Assembly (NCBI GenBank): GCA_034422655.1
Contig: DAOUJN010000005.1
Coordinates: 1,781 to 65,780 of the forward strand
Reading direction: 5' to 3'
DNA from: Dehalococcoidia bacterium
GTDB lineage: Bacteria > Chloroflexota > Dehalococcoidia > Lucifugimonadales > UBA3495
DNA: 64,000 nt
Positions 23,564 through 33,606 of this stretch are shown piece after piece (position 1 is the first letter of the stretch; each line of letters starts with the position of its first letter). The notes under the pieces are model-generated. The model was not told the DNA's origin. It did not search any database and worked only from the letters and a program-made list of their open reading frames with translations. The translations under genes and the position numbers were made by a program.

Positions 23564-26023
23564 CTACTCCACCAGCCCCATTACCGCCAGCATGAAGGCG
23601 TACTCCTCGGCCACCTCGTACAGGCGGTCGTAGCGGCCCGACCGGCCACCGTGGCCGGCGCCCATGTTGGTCTTCAGCAGCACCAGGTTGTCGTCGGTCT
23701 TCAGGTACCGCAGCTTGGCCACGTACTTGGCCGGCTCCCAGTAGGTAACCCGGGGATCGTTCAGACCCGCGGTTACCAGGATGGGCGGGTAGTCCCTGGC
23801 CGTAAGCTGGTCGTAGGGGGAGTAGGAGCGGATGTACTCGAAGACGGTCTCGTCTTCGATGGGGTTGCCCCACTCGGGCCACTCGATGGGCGTCAGGGGC
23901 AGGGTGTCGTCCAGCATGGTGTTCAGCACGTCCACGAAGGGCACGTGGGCGGCTACCGCGCCCCACAGGTCCGGGGCCTGGTTCACCACCGCGCCCATAA
24001 GCTGGCCGCCGGCGCTGCCGCCGGCAATGGCGATGCGCCCCTCCTGCACGTATCCCCGGGCCACCAGGTGGCGGGCCACATCCACGAAGTCGTTGAAGGT
24101 GTTGGTGCGGCGGTCCAGCTTGCCCGCCTCGTACCAGTGGTAGCCCAGGTCGTCGCCGCCCCGGATGTGGGCGATGGCGTAGATGAAGCCTCGGTCCAGC
24201 AGCGACAGGCGCGTGGTGGAAAAGCTGGGCGGGATGGCGTACCCGTAGGCCCCGTAGCCGTACAGGTACAGGGGAGCCGAGCCGTCCACCGGCGTATCCT
24301 TGTGCCGGACGATGGATACGGGGACCTCCACGCCGTCCCGGGCCGGGGCCAGCAGCCTCTCGGTAACGTACTCGGAGGCGTCGTAGCCGCTGGGCACCTC
24401 CTGCACCTGCCGCACCTCCAGTTCCTCCGTGTCGATGTGGTAATCGAACACGGTGCTGGGCGTAACCATCGAATCGTAGTAGAGACGCAGGGTATCCGTC
24501 TGGAACTCCCGGTTGCGGCCCACGGAGGCGGAGTAGGCCGACTCGGGGAACTCAATGCTCTTCTCCCTGCCGTCGCGCCACATCAGGCGCACGTGGTCCA
24601 GGCCGTCAATGCGCACCTCCACGGCTATGAAGTCCTGGAAGGTGTCGAAGCCCGTGATGTAGTGGGCGTCGGACGCCTTCACCAGCGTCTGCCAGGCCGC
24701 CTCGGTGGGATCGTCACCCGGGGCCGTGGCCAGCCGCGTGTTCTTGTGGGTGTCGTTGGTGCGGATGATGAACCGGTCTCCCTGGTGGTCGATAGAGTAT
24801 TCGTGGTTGGCCCGGCGCGGCGCCACCACCACCGGGTCGGCTCCCGGGTCGGCAGCCGGAACCAGCCGCACTTCGCTGGTAACATGGTCGCCGGCTCCGA
24901 TGAGAATATACTCTTTAGATGCGGATTCGTTTATGCCTACGAAGAATCCCGAGTCCGTCTCCTCGTAGACCACCGTATCCTGTTCCACGGGCTGGCCCAG
25001 CACGTGGCGGCGCACCTGCCAGGGCCGCCAGTTATCGTCCACCACGGTATAAAGGATAGACGTGTCGTCGGCGGACCAGACCAACCGGCCAATGACGTTG
25101 GGAATCTCTTCGGGCAGCATCTCCCCGGTTGCCAGGTCCTTGACCACCAGCTTGTACCGCTCCGAGCCGTCGGTATCGGTGGCGTAGGCCAGCAGGGTGC
25201 CGCTGTTGCTCACCGACAGGGAGCCCAGCCGGAAATACTCCAGGCCCTCCGCCAGTTGCGGTTCGTCCAGCAGCGTCTCCACGTCGGCGGTGGGGGCTTC
25301 CCGCGCGTTGGGCCCGTCGGCCGGCCAGCGCAGCCAGATGCGGTACTGGCTCTCCTCGGCAAACTTCCACTGGTAATACCAGTCGCCGTCCTTCCAGGGA
25401 ACGCTGGCCAGGTCGGGCTGCTGGCGACCCTTTATCTCCTCGAAGATGGCGTCGGTCAGCCCCTTGTAAGGCTCCATCCGGGCCTCAAAGTAGGCGTTCT
25501 CCGCGTTCAGGTAGGCCAGCACCGCCTCGTCGTCTACGGTGGGATAGTCCAGGTCCCGCAGCCAGTTCCACGGGTCCTCGATGGTAATGCCGTGGTGGGT
25601 AAAGCTGTGGGGACGCTGCCCGGCCACGGGCGGGATGATGGCGCTTTCAGGGGTCAATGTCGGTTCAGGCAAGATTGTGGGCTCCTTTGTTGGTGTAGGT
25701 TCGGTAACCGCCGTCAGGGCAGGCAGCGGAGTTGGCTCCGGGACGGCCGCCGATTCCGGCGTTGGGCGCGCATTCACCGGGGCTTCCGCCTGCGGGACGG
25801 GTGTCGGTTTTACGGCAGCCGCCTTCACGGGTTCTCCGGCTGGACCTGCGGCAACCGGTACAGGGCTTGCCGGAATGGTGGTTACCGGGGCCTCGGCCAT
25901 TCCGCTGGTCGGGCCGGGTTCTTCAGTGGCAACCGGCGTCTCATTGCCGCAGGCAACGACGCTGAGCGCAACCGAGACCGCAAATATTCCAAACGCCAGT
26001 GCCATCACCCGATAGCGCAACAC
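23564..26023 (-). CDS. S9-family serine peptidase (oligopeptidase B-like) with lipoprotein signal and Pro/Thr/Ala-rich linker
   Basis: N-terminus MLRYRVMALAFGIFAVSVALSVVAC (lipobox), then about 110 aa of low-complexity linker, a beta-propeller region and a catalytic region GGSAGGQLMGAVVNQAPDLW... Confidence 0.85.
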   Translation of the reverse strand: MLRYRVMALAFGIFAVSVALSVVACGNETPVATEEPGPTSGMAEAPVTTIPASPVPVAAGPAGEPVKAAAVKPTPVPQAEAPVNARPTPESAAVPEPTPLPALTAVTEPTPTKEPTILPEPTLTPESAIIPPVAGQRPHSFTHHGITIEDPWNWLRDLDYPTVDDEAVLAYLNAENAYFEARMEPYKGLTDAIFEEIKGRQQPDLASVPWKDGDWYYQWKFAEESQYRIWLRWPADGPNAREAPTADVETLLDEPQLAEGLEYFRLGSLSVSNSGTLLAYATDTDGSERYKLVVKDLATGEMLPEEIPNVIGRLVWSADDTSILYTVVDDNWRPWQVRRHVLGQPVEQDTVVYEETDSGFFVGINESASKEYILIGAGDHVTSEVRLVPAADPGADPVVVAPRRANHEYSIDHQGDRFIIRTNDTHKNTRLATAPGDDPTEAAWQTLVKASDAHYITGFDTFQDFIAVEVRIDGLDHVRLMWRDGREKSIEFPESAYSASVGRNREFQTDTLRLYYDSMVTPSTVFDYHIDTEELEVRQVQEVPSGYDASEYVTERLLAPARDGVEVPVSIVRHKDTPVDGSAPLYLYGYGAYGYAIPPSFSTTRLSLLDRGFIYAIAHIRGGDDLGYHWYEAGKLDRRTNTFNDFVDVARHLVARGYVQEGRIAIAGGSAGGQLMGAVVNQAPDLWGAVAAHVPFVDVLNTMLDDTLPLTPIEWPEWGNPIEDETVFEYIRSYSPYDQLTARDYPPILVTAGLNDPRVTYWEPAKYVAKLRYLKTDDNLVLLKTNMGAGHGGRSGRYDRLYEVAEEYAFMLAVMGLVE

Positions 26024-26454
26024 AGCTTCCCCCCTTGCGGCATCACTCCGGCCATTATGTTACCCAAAGAATCGAGATGACGTCTTACTGCAATAGACCA
26101 TACTATATCTTGTGGCCCGGGGCCACCGCCGCCCGACAAGGCTACCAGACCGCTTTTCCCGGCGGGTGACCTAATGGTTCAACCCCCTCCCGGTCGCCGG
26201 GAAATCAGCCCGTTGGGGCCTTCCCGGCCCCTCCATTTTTCGTGAATTTCCACAACATTCCGGGAGCGGGATGGGCGCCGTCCGGGTACCAGGCCAGATA
26301 CGACAGCGGGCTAACCGGGTTCCGGCGTGGCCCCATTTTCTATCTGGCCGCAGCCCCCGCGCCGGAAACAGGCCAGTCTTGCGTGGCGGGACGGCGGGGC
26401 GTAACCTTTTCGTTACCGTTTTTCCGGACCACTTTCCCCCACCGAGTATGCACC

Positions 26455-27837
26455 TTGACAGAAAGATCTGCACGAGACACCTGGATCGCCACCCTCGGGC
26501 AACTGGAAATGGAGTTGCCCAGGGCCACCTTTGACACCTGGCTGAAGGACACGGAAGGGCTTACCTTCGACGGCATGGACCTGCTGGTCCAGGCGCCCAG
26601 CGTATTCACCATCGCCTGGCTGGAACAGCGCATGTACCAGACAATCCTCCGGGCCCTCCGCCAGTCCTCCGGAGACCTGCTGGACGTCCGGTTCCAGGTC
26701 TCCCCCGAGGTGGCCGCGGCAGGGGTACAACCCCCTTCAGTCAACGGGCCGGAGGCTGGCGGAGTGGCTGGCGCAGCGCCCTCCGCCGCACCCCCGCGAT
26801 CCCCAGCGCCCATGACATCGGGGGTCAACTTCGACCGCAAGTACTCCTTCAACAACTTCGTGGTGGGCAATTCCAACCGCATGGCCTTCAGCGCGGCCCA
26901 GGCCGTGGCCGACGCTCCCGGCCAGGCCTACAACCCCCTGTTCCTCTACTCGGGCGTGGGCCTGGGCAAGACCCACCTGCTCCACGCCATCGGCCAGGAG
27001 GCCTCCCGCAACGGCAAGAGCGTCCTCTACGTCTCCTCCGAGCAGTTCACCAACGACTTCATTTCGGCCATCCGCAACCGCACCACCGAGGACTTCCGGC
27101 AGCGGTACCGCAGCGTGCAGGTGCTGCTGATTGACGACGTCCAGTTCATGAGCGGCAAGGAGCAGACCCAGGAGGGTTTTTTCCACACCTTCAACGACCT
27201 CCACACCGCCGGCTACCAGATTGTGCTGACCTCCGACCGGCCGCCCAAGGCCCTGGCCCTGCTGGAAGACCGCCTCCGTTCCCGTTTCGAGTGGGGGCTC
27301 ATTGCCGACATCCAGCCACCGGACCTGGAGACCCGCATGGCCATCCTGTCCACCAAGGCCGAGCAGCTCAACACCATCATCGAGGAGAGCGTACTGGAAC
27401 TGATCGCCAAGCGGGTGCAGAAGAACGTGCGCGAACTGGAGGGCAGCCTGAACCGGGTCGTGGCCTTCTCCCAGCTGATGAGCGTGCCCGTCAGCATGGA
27501 GTCCACCTCCCGGCTGCTGGACGACCTGACCCTGGACACGGCCCGCCACGCCATTGACCCGGAGCGGATTCTCGAAGCCGTATCCCGCCAGTACAAGGTA
27601 ACCACCCACGATCTGCTGGGCCGCCGCCGCAGCAAGACCATCGCCCTGGCCCGCCAGATAGCCATGTACCTGCTCATCTACGAACTGGAGCTATCCCCCA
27701 CCGAGGTAGGCCGCCTGCTGGGCAACCGGGACCACTCCACCGTCATCCACGGAGCCGGCAAAATCAACGGCGAGATCAACGAAGACTACCAGCTCCGCCA
27801 GAACGTGCTGACGATTAAGGAAGCGATCTTCACCTGA
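26455..27837 (+). CDS. dnaA: chromosomal replication initiator DnaA
   Basis: ...WIATLGQLEMELPRATFDTWLKD..., Walker A YSGVGLGKTHLLHAIG, LLIDDVQF, the sensor region and C-terminal domain IV ...IALARQIAMYL...GNRDHSTVIHG. The start is uncertain: the ORF opens at 26242, and TTG at 26455 gives a conventional N-terminus. Confidence 0.93.
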   Translation: MTERSARDTWIATLGQLEMELPRATFDTWLKDTEGLTFDGMDLLVQAPSVFTIAWLEQRMYQTILRALRQSSGDLLDVRFQVSPEVAAAGVQPPSVNGPEAGGVAGAAPSAAPPRSPAPMTSGVNFDRKYSFNNFVVGNSNRMAFSAAQAVADAPGQAYNPLFLYSGVGLGKTHLLHAIGQEASRNGKSVLYVSSEQFTNDFISAIRNRTTEDFRQRYRSVQVLLIDDVQFMSGKEQTQEGFFHTFNDLHTAGYQIVLTSDRPPKALALLEDRLRSRFEWGLIADIQPPDLETRMAILSTKAEQLNTIIEESVLELIAKRVQKNVRELEGSLNRVVAFSQLMSVPVSMESTSRLLDDLTLDTARHAIDPERILEAVSRQYKVTTHDLLGRRRSKTIALARQIAMYLLIYELELSPTEVGRLLGNRDHSTVIHGAGKINGEINEDYQLRQNVLTIKEAIFT

Positions 27838-27849
27838 TATTCCCCTGGT

Positions 27850-28123
27850 TGTTGATAACTCCCGGAAATTTGTGGATAACTCCCCAATTACCGGGGATAA
27901 CCCGCCCTTATGCACTTACCAACCATCCCTGATCCGTGGACAGTTCCAAGTGCACTTTCATTAAAGGAATGTTATCCACGTAGAACAGCTACTTATCGAC
28001 ATCAATGGACGAATTGCCCCTTCAACCTGACAGATAGTCCACTAAAAACTTACATAACACAGAAGCGGTTTATCCACTTTTGCACGCCTTTATTATTCCC
28101 GTTATCTAATCTACAATTATCCC
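27850..28123. other. candidate oriC: DnaA-box cluster plus AT-rich tract
   Basis: One perfect box, TGTGGATAA, at 27871-27879. One-mismatch boxes at 27850-27858, 27972-27980, 27993-28001 and 28070-28078. Two-mismatch boxes at 27892-27900 and 27908-27916. An AT-rich stretch at 28085-28120 directly abuts the obg start. Confidence 0.7.
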
Positions 28124-29443
28124 ATGATAGATACAGTCAGACTTAACATTAAGGCAGGGGACGGCGGCAACGGCTGCGTGAGCTTCCTGCGCGAGAAATT
28201 CCGGCCCCGGGGCGGTCCCAACGGGGGCGATGGCGGCAACGGGGGCAACGCTTACGTGGTGGGTGACGACTCCATCAACACCCTGCTGCACCTGAAGTAC
28301 AACAGCACAATGTACGTTGATCGCGGTGGCCACGGTAAGGGCAAGGGCCAGCGCGGCGGCAACGGCGAGGATACCGTCATCAAGGTTCCCCTAGGCACCG
28401 TAGTGTGGCGTATGCACCGCGGCGGCGAGAAGGAGTTCCTGACCGACATTACCGACGATACTCCCCGCCTGGTGGCCCAGGGCGGCGCCGGCGGCTGGGG
28501 CAACGCTCACTATGTCTCCCCCACCAACCAGGAACCCATGCTGTCCCAGCGCGGGGAACGGGGCGAGTACGTGGTCTTGTTCCTGGAACTGAAACTGCTG
28601 GCCGACGTGGGCCTGCTGGCTCGTCCCAACGCCGGCAAGTCCACCCTCATATCCCGCTGCTCGGCGGCCAAGCCCCGCATCGCCGACTACCCCTTCACCA
28701 CTGTCGAACCGGTGCTGGGCGTGGTCACAACCCGGGGCCAGGACTTCGTAATGATGGAGGTGCCCGGACTGCTGGAGGGCGCCCACGAGGGCGTGGGCCT
28801 GGGCGACCAGTTCCTGCGCCACGCCGAACGGGCCCGCCTGTATATCCACGTCCTGGACGGCCTGTCCGACGATCCGGTGGCCGACTTCCACATGATTAAC
28901 CGAGAACTGCAGGAGTTCAATCCGGCCCTGGCCCACAAACCCCAGGTCATCGCCGTCAACAAGATCGACGTTACAGAGGTCCGGGAACGTCAGGAGGAAC
29001 TGAGCGGAGCGTTGAAGGCGGCCGCCGCCCAGTCCCCCGTGCTCAGCAACGGCGCGGACACGCCCCTCTTTTTCATCTCCGCGGTCAGCGGCGAGGGCGT
29101 TGACTCGATGCTGGGCCAGGTTATCGAGATGATGGAGCGGGCGACGGAGCGAGAGGCGCAGCTGTCAGCCGACGAAGAATTCTTGGCAGAAGCCCCAACC
29201 CGTCCCAACCGGCGCCGCCAGGCAGCGGAGCCTATCTCTTTTTACAAGGACCGGGGTGTTTACGTGGTCAAGTCGGAACAACTGGAGCGGCTCAGCGCTC
29301 TGGCCGATACCCGGGACTACCGCGTACTGCTGCAACTGTGGCGGGAAATGACCCGCCTGGGCATTGCCCGAAAGCTGCAGGACGCCGGGATAGAACCCGG
29401 GGACACCATCCGCATCGGTCGCGCTGAAATGGAATGGTTCTAG
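28124..29443 (+). CDS. obg: GTPase Obg/CgtA
   Basis: MIDTVRLNIKAGDGGNGCVSFLREKF...GGDGGNGG... (Obg fold), G domain LARPNAGKSTLIS...DVPGL...NKID, plus a C-terminal OCT-like extension. Confidence 0.95.
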   Translation: MIDTVRLNIKAGDGGNGCVSFLREKFRPRGGPNGGDGGNGGNAYVVGDDSINTLLHLKYNSTMYVDRGGHGKGKGQRGGNGEDTVIKVPLGTVVWRMHRGGEKEFLTDITDDTPRLVAQGGAGGWGNAHYVSPTNQEPMLSQRGERGEYVVLFLELKLLADVGLLARPNAGKSTLISRCSAAKPRIADYPFTTVEPVLGVVTTRGQDFVMMEVPGLLEGAHEGVGLGDQFLRHAERARLYIHVLDGLSDDPVADFHMINRELQEFNPALAHKPQVIAVNKIDVTEVRERQEELSGALKAAAAQSPVLSNGADTPLFFISAVSGEGVDSMLGQVIEMMERATEREAQLSADEEFLAEAPTRPNRRRQAAEPISFYKDRGVYVVKSEQLERLSALADTRDYRVLLQLWREMTRLGIARKLQDAGIEPGDTIRIGRAEMEWF

Positions 29444-29450
29444 TCAATTG

Positions 29451-29522
29451 GGAATTATAAATTAAGAATTACGAATTGACCCCTTTGTCCGAGTCAGGTC
29501 TTAATTCCTAATTCTTAACTCT
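29451..29522. repeat. family B inverted-repeat element between obg and nadD
   Basis: GGAATTATAAATTAAGAATTACGAATTGACCCC...GGTCTTAATTCCTAATTCTTAACTC. The arms are complementary, so it may act as an obg terminator. Confidence 0.7.
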
Positions 29523-29533
29523 TGATTACAGTC

Positions 29534-30142
29534 ATGCGGATAGGAATACTGGGCGGCACCTTTGACCCTGTCCACTTGGGCCATTTGCTCATCGCCGAAG
29601 AGAGCCGCATTGGCCTGGGGTTGGACCAGGTGCTCTTCCTTCCCGCTGGGCGGCCTTGGCTAAAGGAGGGTCAGCCCCTGACGGATGCCAGCCACCGGGT
29701 CAAGATGGTGGAACTGGCCGTAGAGTCGAATCCCCACTTCCACGTCTGCCGCGACGAGGTGGACCGCCCCGGCCTGACGTACACGGTGGATACGCTGGAG
29801 GAACTGCGCTCGGAAGTTCCAGACGGCGCCGAGTTCTACTTCATACTGGGCCTGGACGCCTTTGAGAGCTTTCACCGCTGGAAGGAACCGGACCGCATCC
29901 TGGAACTGTGCCGGCTGGTGGTGGTCAGCCGCCCCGGCTACGCCGAGGATGAGCGGGACCGGCTGCTGGCCCGCTACCGCGATCACGGCGACCGCATCTG
30001 CCTGCTGCCCGTGCATAGCGTGGACTTCAGCGCCACCGAAATCCGCCGCCGCGCCGCCGAGGGCATCTCCTTCCGCTACCAGGTCCCGGAGGCGGTGGAG
30101 GCGTATATTGTGGAACAGGGGCTGTACGGCGCAAACCCTTAA
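29534..30142 (+). CDS. nadD: nicotinate-nucleotide adenylyltransferase
   Basis: MRIGILGGTFDPVHLGHL... is the (H/T)xGH motif. ...FSATEIRRR is the ISST-like motif. Confidence 0.92.
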   Translation: MRIGILGGTFDPVHLGHLLIAEESRIGLGLDQVLFLPAGRPWLKEGQPLTDASHRVKMVELAVESNPHFHVCRDEVDRPGLTYTVDTLEELRSEVPDGAEFYFILGLDAFESFHRWKEPDRILELCRLVVVSRPGYAEDERDRLLARYRDHGDRICLLPVHSVDFSATEIRRRAAEGISFRYQVPEAVEAYIVEQGLYGANP

Positions 30143-30174
30143 AGGCTGGCATTTCTAACGACGGAGAGATTCCC

Positions 30175-30738
30175 TTGCAAGACACATCAACCCGCCTGCT
30201 GCAACTGGCCCTGGATTTGGGCGCCCTGCGTTACGGGGACTTTACCCTGACGTCGGGGAAGAAAAGCGCCTACTACTTTGACGGGCGGCTGCTGAGCCTC
30301 CATCCGGAGGGGGCGTACCTGGCGTCGCAGGCTCTGCTGCCGTTGGTGCGGGCTGCCGGCGCCGAAGCCATTGGCGGGCCCACCCTGGGCGCCGACCCCA
30401 TAGTGGCCGCGGTATCGCTGGCCAGCCACCTGGATTCGGTTGGCGGACCCGTGCCCGCCTTCATCGTCCGGAAAGAGGCCAAGGAGCACGGCATGGGCAA
30501 CGCGGTGGAAGGGCATCTGGCCCCGGGCGGGAAAGTGGCGGTGGTGGACGACACCTGCACCACCGGCGGTTCCCTGTTCCAGGCCATCGAGGCTGCCGAG
30601 GCCGGCGGCTGCACCGTGGTAAAGGTGCTGGCCATCCTGGACCGACGCGAGGGAGGCAGCGACGAACTGCGCCGCCGGGGGTATGACTTTGCGGCTTTGT
30701 TAGTGGCTAACAGCGAAGGGGAGATTGAGGTGGCGTAA
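30175..30738 (+). CDS. pyrE: orotate phosphoribosyltransferase
   Basis: ...GALRYGDFTLTSGKKSAYYFDGR... and PRPP loop VAVVDDTCTTGGS. TTG start. Confidence 0.9.
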   Translation: MQDTSTRLLQLALDLGALRYGDFTLTSGKKSAYYFDGRLLSLHPEGAYLASQALLPLVRAAGAEAIGGPTLGADPIVAAVSLASHLDSVGGPVPAFIVRKEAKEHGMGNAVEGHLAPGGKVAVVDDTCTTGGSLFQAIEAAEAGGCTVVKVLAILDRREGGSDELRRRGYDFAALLVANSEGEIEVA

Positions 30739-30791
30739 CTACCAGCCCTAGGGTGGGCTATGACTATTCTGTAACCTGATTAACCCGACAG

Positions 30792-31286
30792 CTACTCTTC
30801 CACCTTTCCGTTTTCGCTGGGGGCGTGATTGCCGTTGCCCCCGAATGCAGGAAGCTCCACGCTCTCGTTGACAGTTACCTTGCCCGTCCGTACTTGCTCT
30901 TCCCACCACGACTTCATGGCCTTGGTATTTTTTGCCCGCTCTTCCTCCCGCTCTTCTGCCCTAATCTTGTCTATGGTAGGTTGCAACAGAAACTTCAGGT
31001 TCATAGCTACTTTACCTCCAGCGTGGTGAACCAGAATCACTAGGCTCAGGATTATCAGCAGGTCCCACGGGTCGGTTATGGACTGCCACGGCTTGGGCAA
31101 GTCCATTTTATCAAGAAACGGGCCTGCCGGCAGGTACCTGAGTGAAATGGCATAAAGGGCAATTAAGACTTCCAGGGCGGTCAGGGTCTTGTCACTGTTG
31201 GCCAAGGCCGCCCTCAGCTTGGAGGGCGTGTTGCCGGAGATTAGCCTGGCCAGGGGTAACAACAGGTAAGAGAGAAGTTCTGACAC
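30792..31286 (-). CDS. hypothetical membrane protein (orphan, lower GC)
   Basis: 164-aa ORF with 2-3 hydrophobic segments and a charged C-terminal region (IRAEEREEERAKNTKAMKSWWEE). No family recognised. Confidence 0.5.
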   Translation of the reverse strand: MSELLSYLLLPLARLISGNTPSKLRAALANSDKTLTALEVLIALYAISLRYLPAGPFLDKMDLPKPWQSITDPWDLLIILSLVILVHHAGGKVAMNLKFLLQPTIDKIRAEEREEERAKNTKAMKSWWEEQVRTGKVTVNESVELPAFGGNGNHAPSENGKVEE

Positions 31287-31423
31287 GGGATCGTTCCTGT
31301 TATGGTCTGTCCGTTATGGAATGTGGGTGGGACTTCGACTTTACTGAACAGACCCGCAAGTGCGGGGGAGGGCCAGCGACCCTCCCCCTTTCTGTTGCCT
31401 GAGCGGTTGCCCTTTCGGTCAGC

Positions 31424-33208
31424 TTACTCCTCGAACCACATGCCGCTGACGCGGATGGTGGGGTCGAGGCGCGGCTCCCACTGCAGCTTGGGATTGACCG
31501 CGTAGACTACGGGCAGGTCGAACAGGGGCAGCATGAACACTTCCTCGCGGAACCGATCGGCCAGAACTTCCAGCCGTTCCTGCCTTTCCTGGCCCGAGGA
31601 TGCCAGGGCCTCGTCAATCTGGTCCTGGATTCCGCCTGGGGCGGGATCGCAGACGGCGGAGCGCTGGCTGGTGCAGTTCATGTAGTAGCGCACCTGCCGG
31701 CCGAAATCCAGCGTTTCGTTGGAAGGCTGGTTGCCGATCATGTGGAAGCCCTCGCAGCTGGAGTTGCCCCTGTCCACAGCGGCGATCATGTCGTCCCTGG
31801 TGGCCTCGGCAGTCTCCGGATCCCTGCCGGACTCCTCGATGATGTCCAGCACTGCCTGGCCCACGGCGCACCGGGAGCGGGCGCTGCGGATGGAGGGTTC
31901 CACGATCTGGAACTCGAAGTTGATGCCCACCTCGTTCAGGTAGGCGTGGACAGCCTCGGAGATTTCCGTCTGCTTGGCCACGCGCACACCCCGGGAAATA
32001 AGGGTGATTGTGTTCTCCGGGTCGTAGTCGGCCTGCTCGAGCAATTGCCTGGAAAGCTCAGGATTGTACTCGTAGGGAGCGGTATTCGCTTCAGTGGCCC
32101 CTATAATGCCCGGCCAGATGATGTTGCCGCGGCAGGTGGTAAGGCCGCTGTAGAGCGTGTCGACCAGCTCCTGGCAGTTGACGGCGTGGGCTATGGCCTG
32201 GCGGACCTCCTTCTTGCGTAGTTCCGGGTGCCAGGCAGTATCAATCTGCAGCGTGTAGGTCTCGGCGGAGGACCCGAACCGCAGCTGGTCCGCGGGGAAG
32301 GCCTCAATCTGCTCCACCCCCACGTCCCAGCCCATGTCCGCCTCTTCGGTCTCCACCATGGCGGCGATGACGGTGGGCTCGCCGCGCCACTGCCATTCAA
32401 TGTTCTGGATGAGAGGCTTCTGGAACTCGAAGTGGTCGCCCGCGGGCACGTAGTCTGCGTAGGCTTCCTGGGTGATGGACACGCCGGGCGTCCACTCCAC
32501 GTGCTGGTAGGGGCCAAGCCCTATGCTCATTCCCGCACGGTCTTCTTCCGCCGTGCCGGCCAGCCACTCGGGCGCCTCAAAGCCCAGGAAGAAGGCGGTG
32601 TTGGGGAAGATGGGGCAGGCATCCTGGCAGTTGATGTCCACCGTGTAGTCGTCAACCTTTACCGACGTGTGCGGGCCGGTGTAGTTGATGCTGCCGCCCT
32701 CAGAGGCGGGACTGCCGTTGGCCGTGAGGCTGGGCAGGGCGGCGTCGGCATTGAAAGCCTCGCCGTTGTGGAACTTCACGCCCTCGCGCAGCGTGAAGCG
32801 CCAGGTGTCGGCGTCAATCTGTTCCCATCCTGTGCTGGCGCCGGTCGGCACTATCCGCAGGTCGTCGCCCGACTGCCAGGTCAGGGGGTCCTGCAGGTTG
32901 GCCCGGGTGATGGAGGCGTACAGCGAGCCGCCGATGCTGAGGAAAGAGTTGAGGTTTACCGGTTCTTCCGGCACCACCAGGACAATGGAGTCCTGGGCGG
33001 TGGCCACGTCCTCCGGCAGCGGCGTGGCGGTGGGCGCCGGCGTGGCGGTTGCGTCGGGTACCGGTGTTGCCGTGGGCTGGCCGACTGCCGCGGGTTCCGC
33101 CGGAGCCGCCGGTTCCGGTTCCGCCGCGCCGCCGCAGGCCACAATCAATAAGGCTGATAACGCCAATATTCCAACCAGCCAGGTAGTTAGGTATCTCCCG
33201 CGTTTCAT
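31424..33208 (-). CDS. ABC transporter substrate-binding lipoprotein (family 5, peptide/nickel type)
   Basis: Signal peptide and lipobox LLIVACGG, a Pro/Ala/Thr linker, and a typical SBP_bac_5 length. No permease or ATPase genes are adjacent. Confidence 0.8.
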   Translation of the reverse strand: MKRGRYLTTWLVGILALSALLIVACGGAAEPEPAAPAEPAAVGQPTATPVPDATATPAPTATPLPEDVATAQDSIVLVVPEEPVNLNSFLSIGGSLYASITRANLQDPLTWQSGDDLRIVPTGASTGWEQIDADTWRFTLREGVKFHNGEAFNADAALPSLTANGSPASEGGSINYTGPHTSVKVDDYTVDINCQDACPIFPNTAFFLGFEAPEWLAGTAEEDRAGMSIGLGPYQHVEWTPGVSITQEAYADYVPAGDHFEFQKPLIQNIEWQWRGEPTVIAAMVETEEADMGWDVGVEQIEAFPADQLRFGSSAETYTLQIDTAWHPELRKKEVRQAIAHAVNCQELVDTLYSGLTTCRGNIIWPGIIGATEANTAPYEYNPELSRQLLEQADYDPENTITLISRGVRVAKQTEISEAVHAYLNEVGINFEFQIVEPSIRSARSRCAVGQAVLDIIEESGRDPETAEATRDDMIAAVDRGNSSCEGFHMIGNQPSNETLDFGRQVRYYMNCTSQRSAVCDPAPGGIQDQIDEALASSGQERQERLEVLADRFREEVFMLPLFDLPVVYAVNPKLQWEPRLDPTIRVSGMWFEE

Positions 33209-33606
33209 GGTCCCTCCTGTATTTTGGAATGCTCCTGAATCCGGGTTCCGTTAAGGGTGACCCATGCCGAGCCCAGCACCGGCCCCGCATGTTAAGGGAA
33301 GGTTAACAGATTCTAGAGTGGCCGGTGGGCAAAAGCAACATACCTCGCAATACCGGCACAACGAGCCCGGGCAACGAGTTTTCTAATCTACTGACACTTG
33401 CCCATTGACGCTCTGGAAAACCCGTCTTTAGCCTGAACAATATCGGGTGAGACGGGGAAAGTCGCCGCCAACCGGCGACTGGCGGACAATCGAACAGGGC
33501 GGGCCAAATGCGTCCGCAACCAACGCGAGGGACTGACCTTTGTGGCTCGGTCCCTTCTGTTGTCCCCGCGCCCACCCGACCAAATCCAGGAAAAGGAGGT
33601 GAAAAA

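Noticed and set aside
23510-26080. 856-aa plus-strand ORF opposite the S9 peptidase gene
   Set aside because: Its composition is Gly/Arg/Val/Pro-rich low complexity, typical of antisense shadow ORFs in high-GC DNA. The minus-strand frame gives a clear oligopeptidase B-like protein with a catalytic motif.
26242-26454. 71-aa N-terminal extension of DnaA from the ORF-track start
   Set aside because: The extension (MNFHNIPGAGWAPSGYQARYDSG...) has no DnaA domain I similarity and no RBS. The conserved N-terminus begins near the TTG at 26455. It remains an open question rather than a call.
27910-28146. 78-aa ORF inside the dnaA-obg spacer
   Set aside because: It overlaps the DnaA-box cluster and the AT-rich tract, has no RBS, and its translation looks non-coding.
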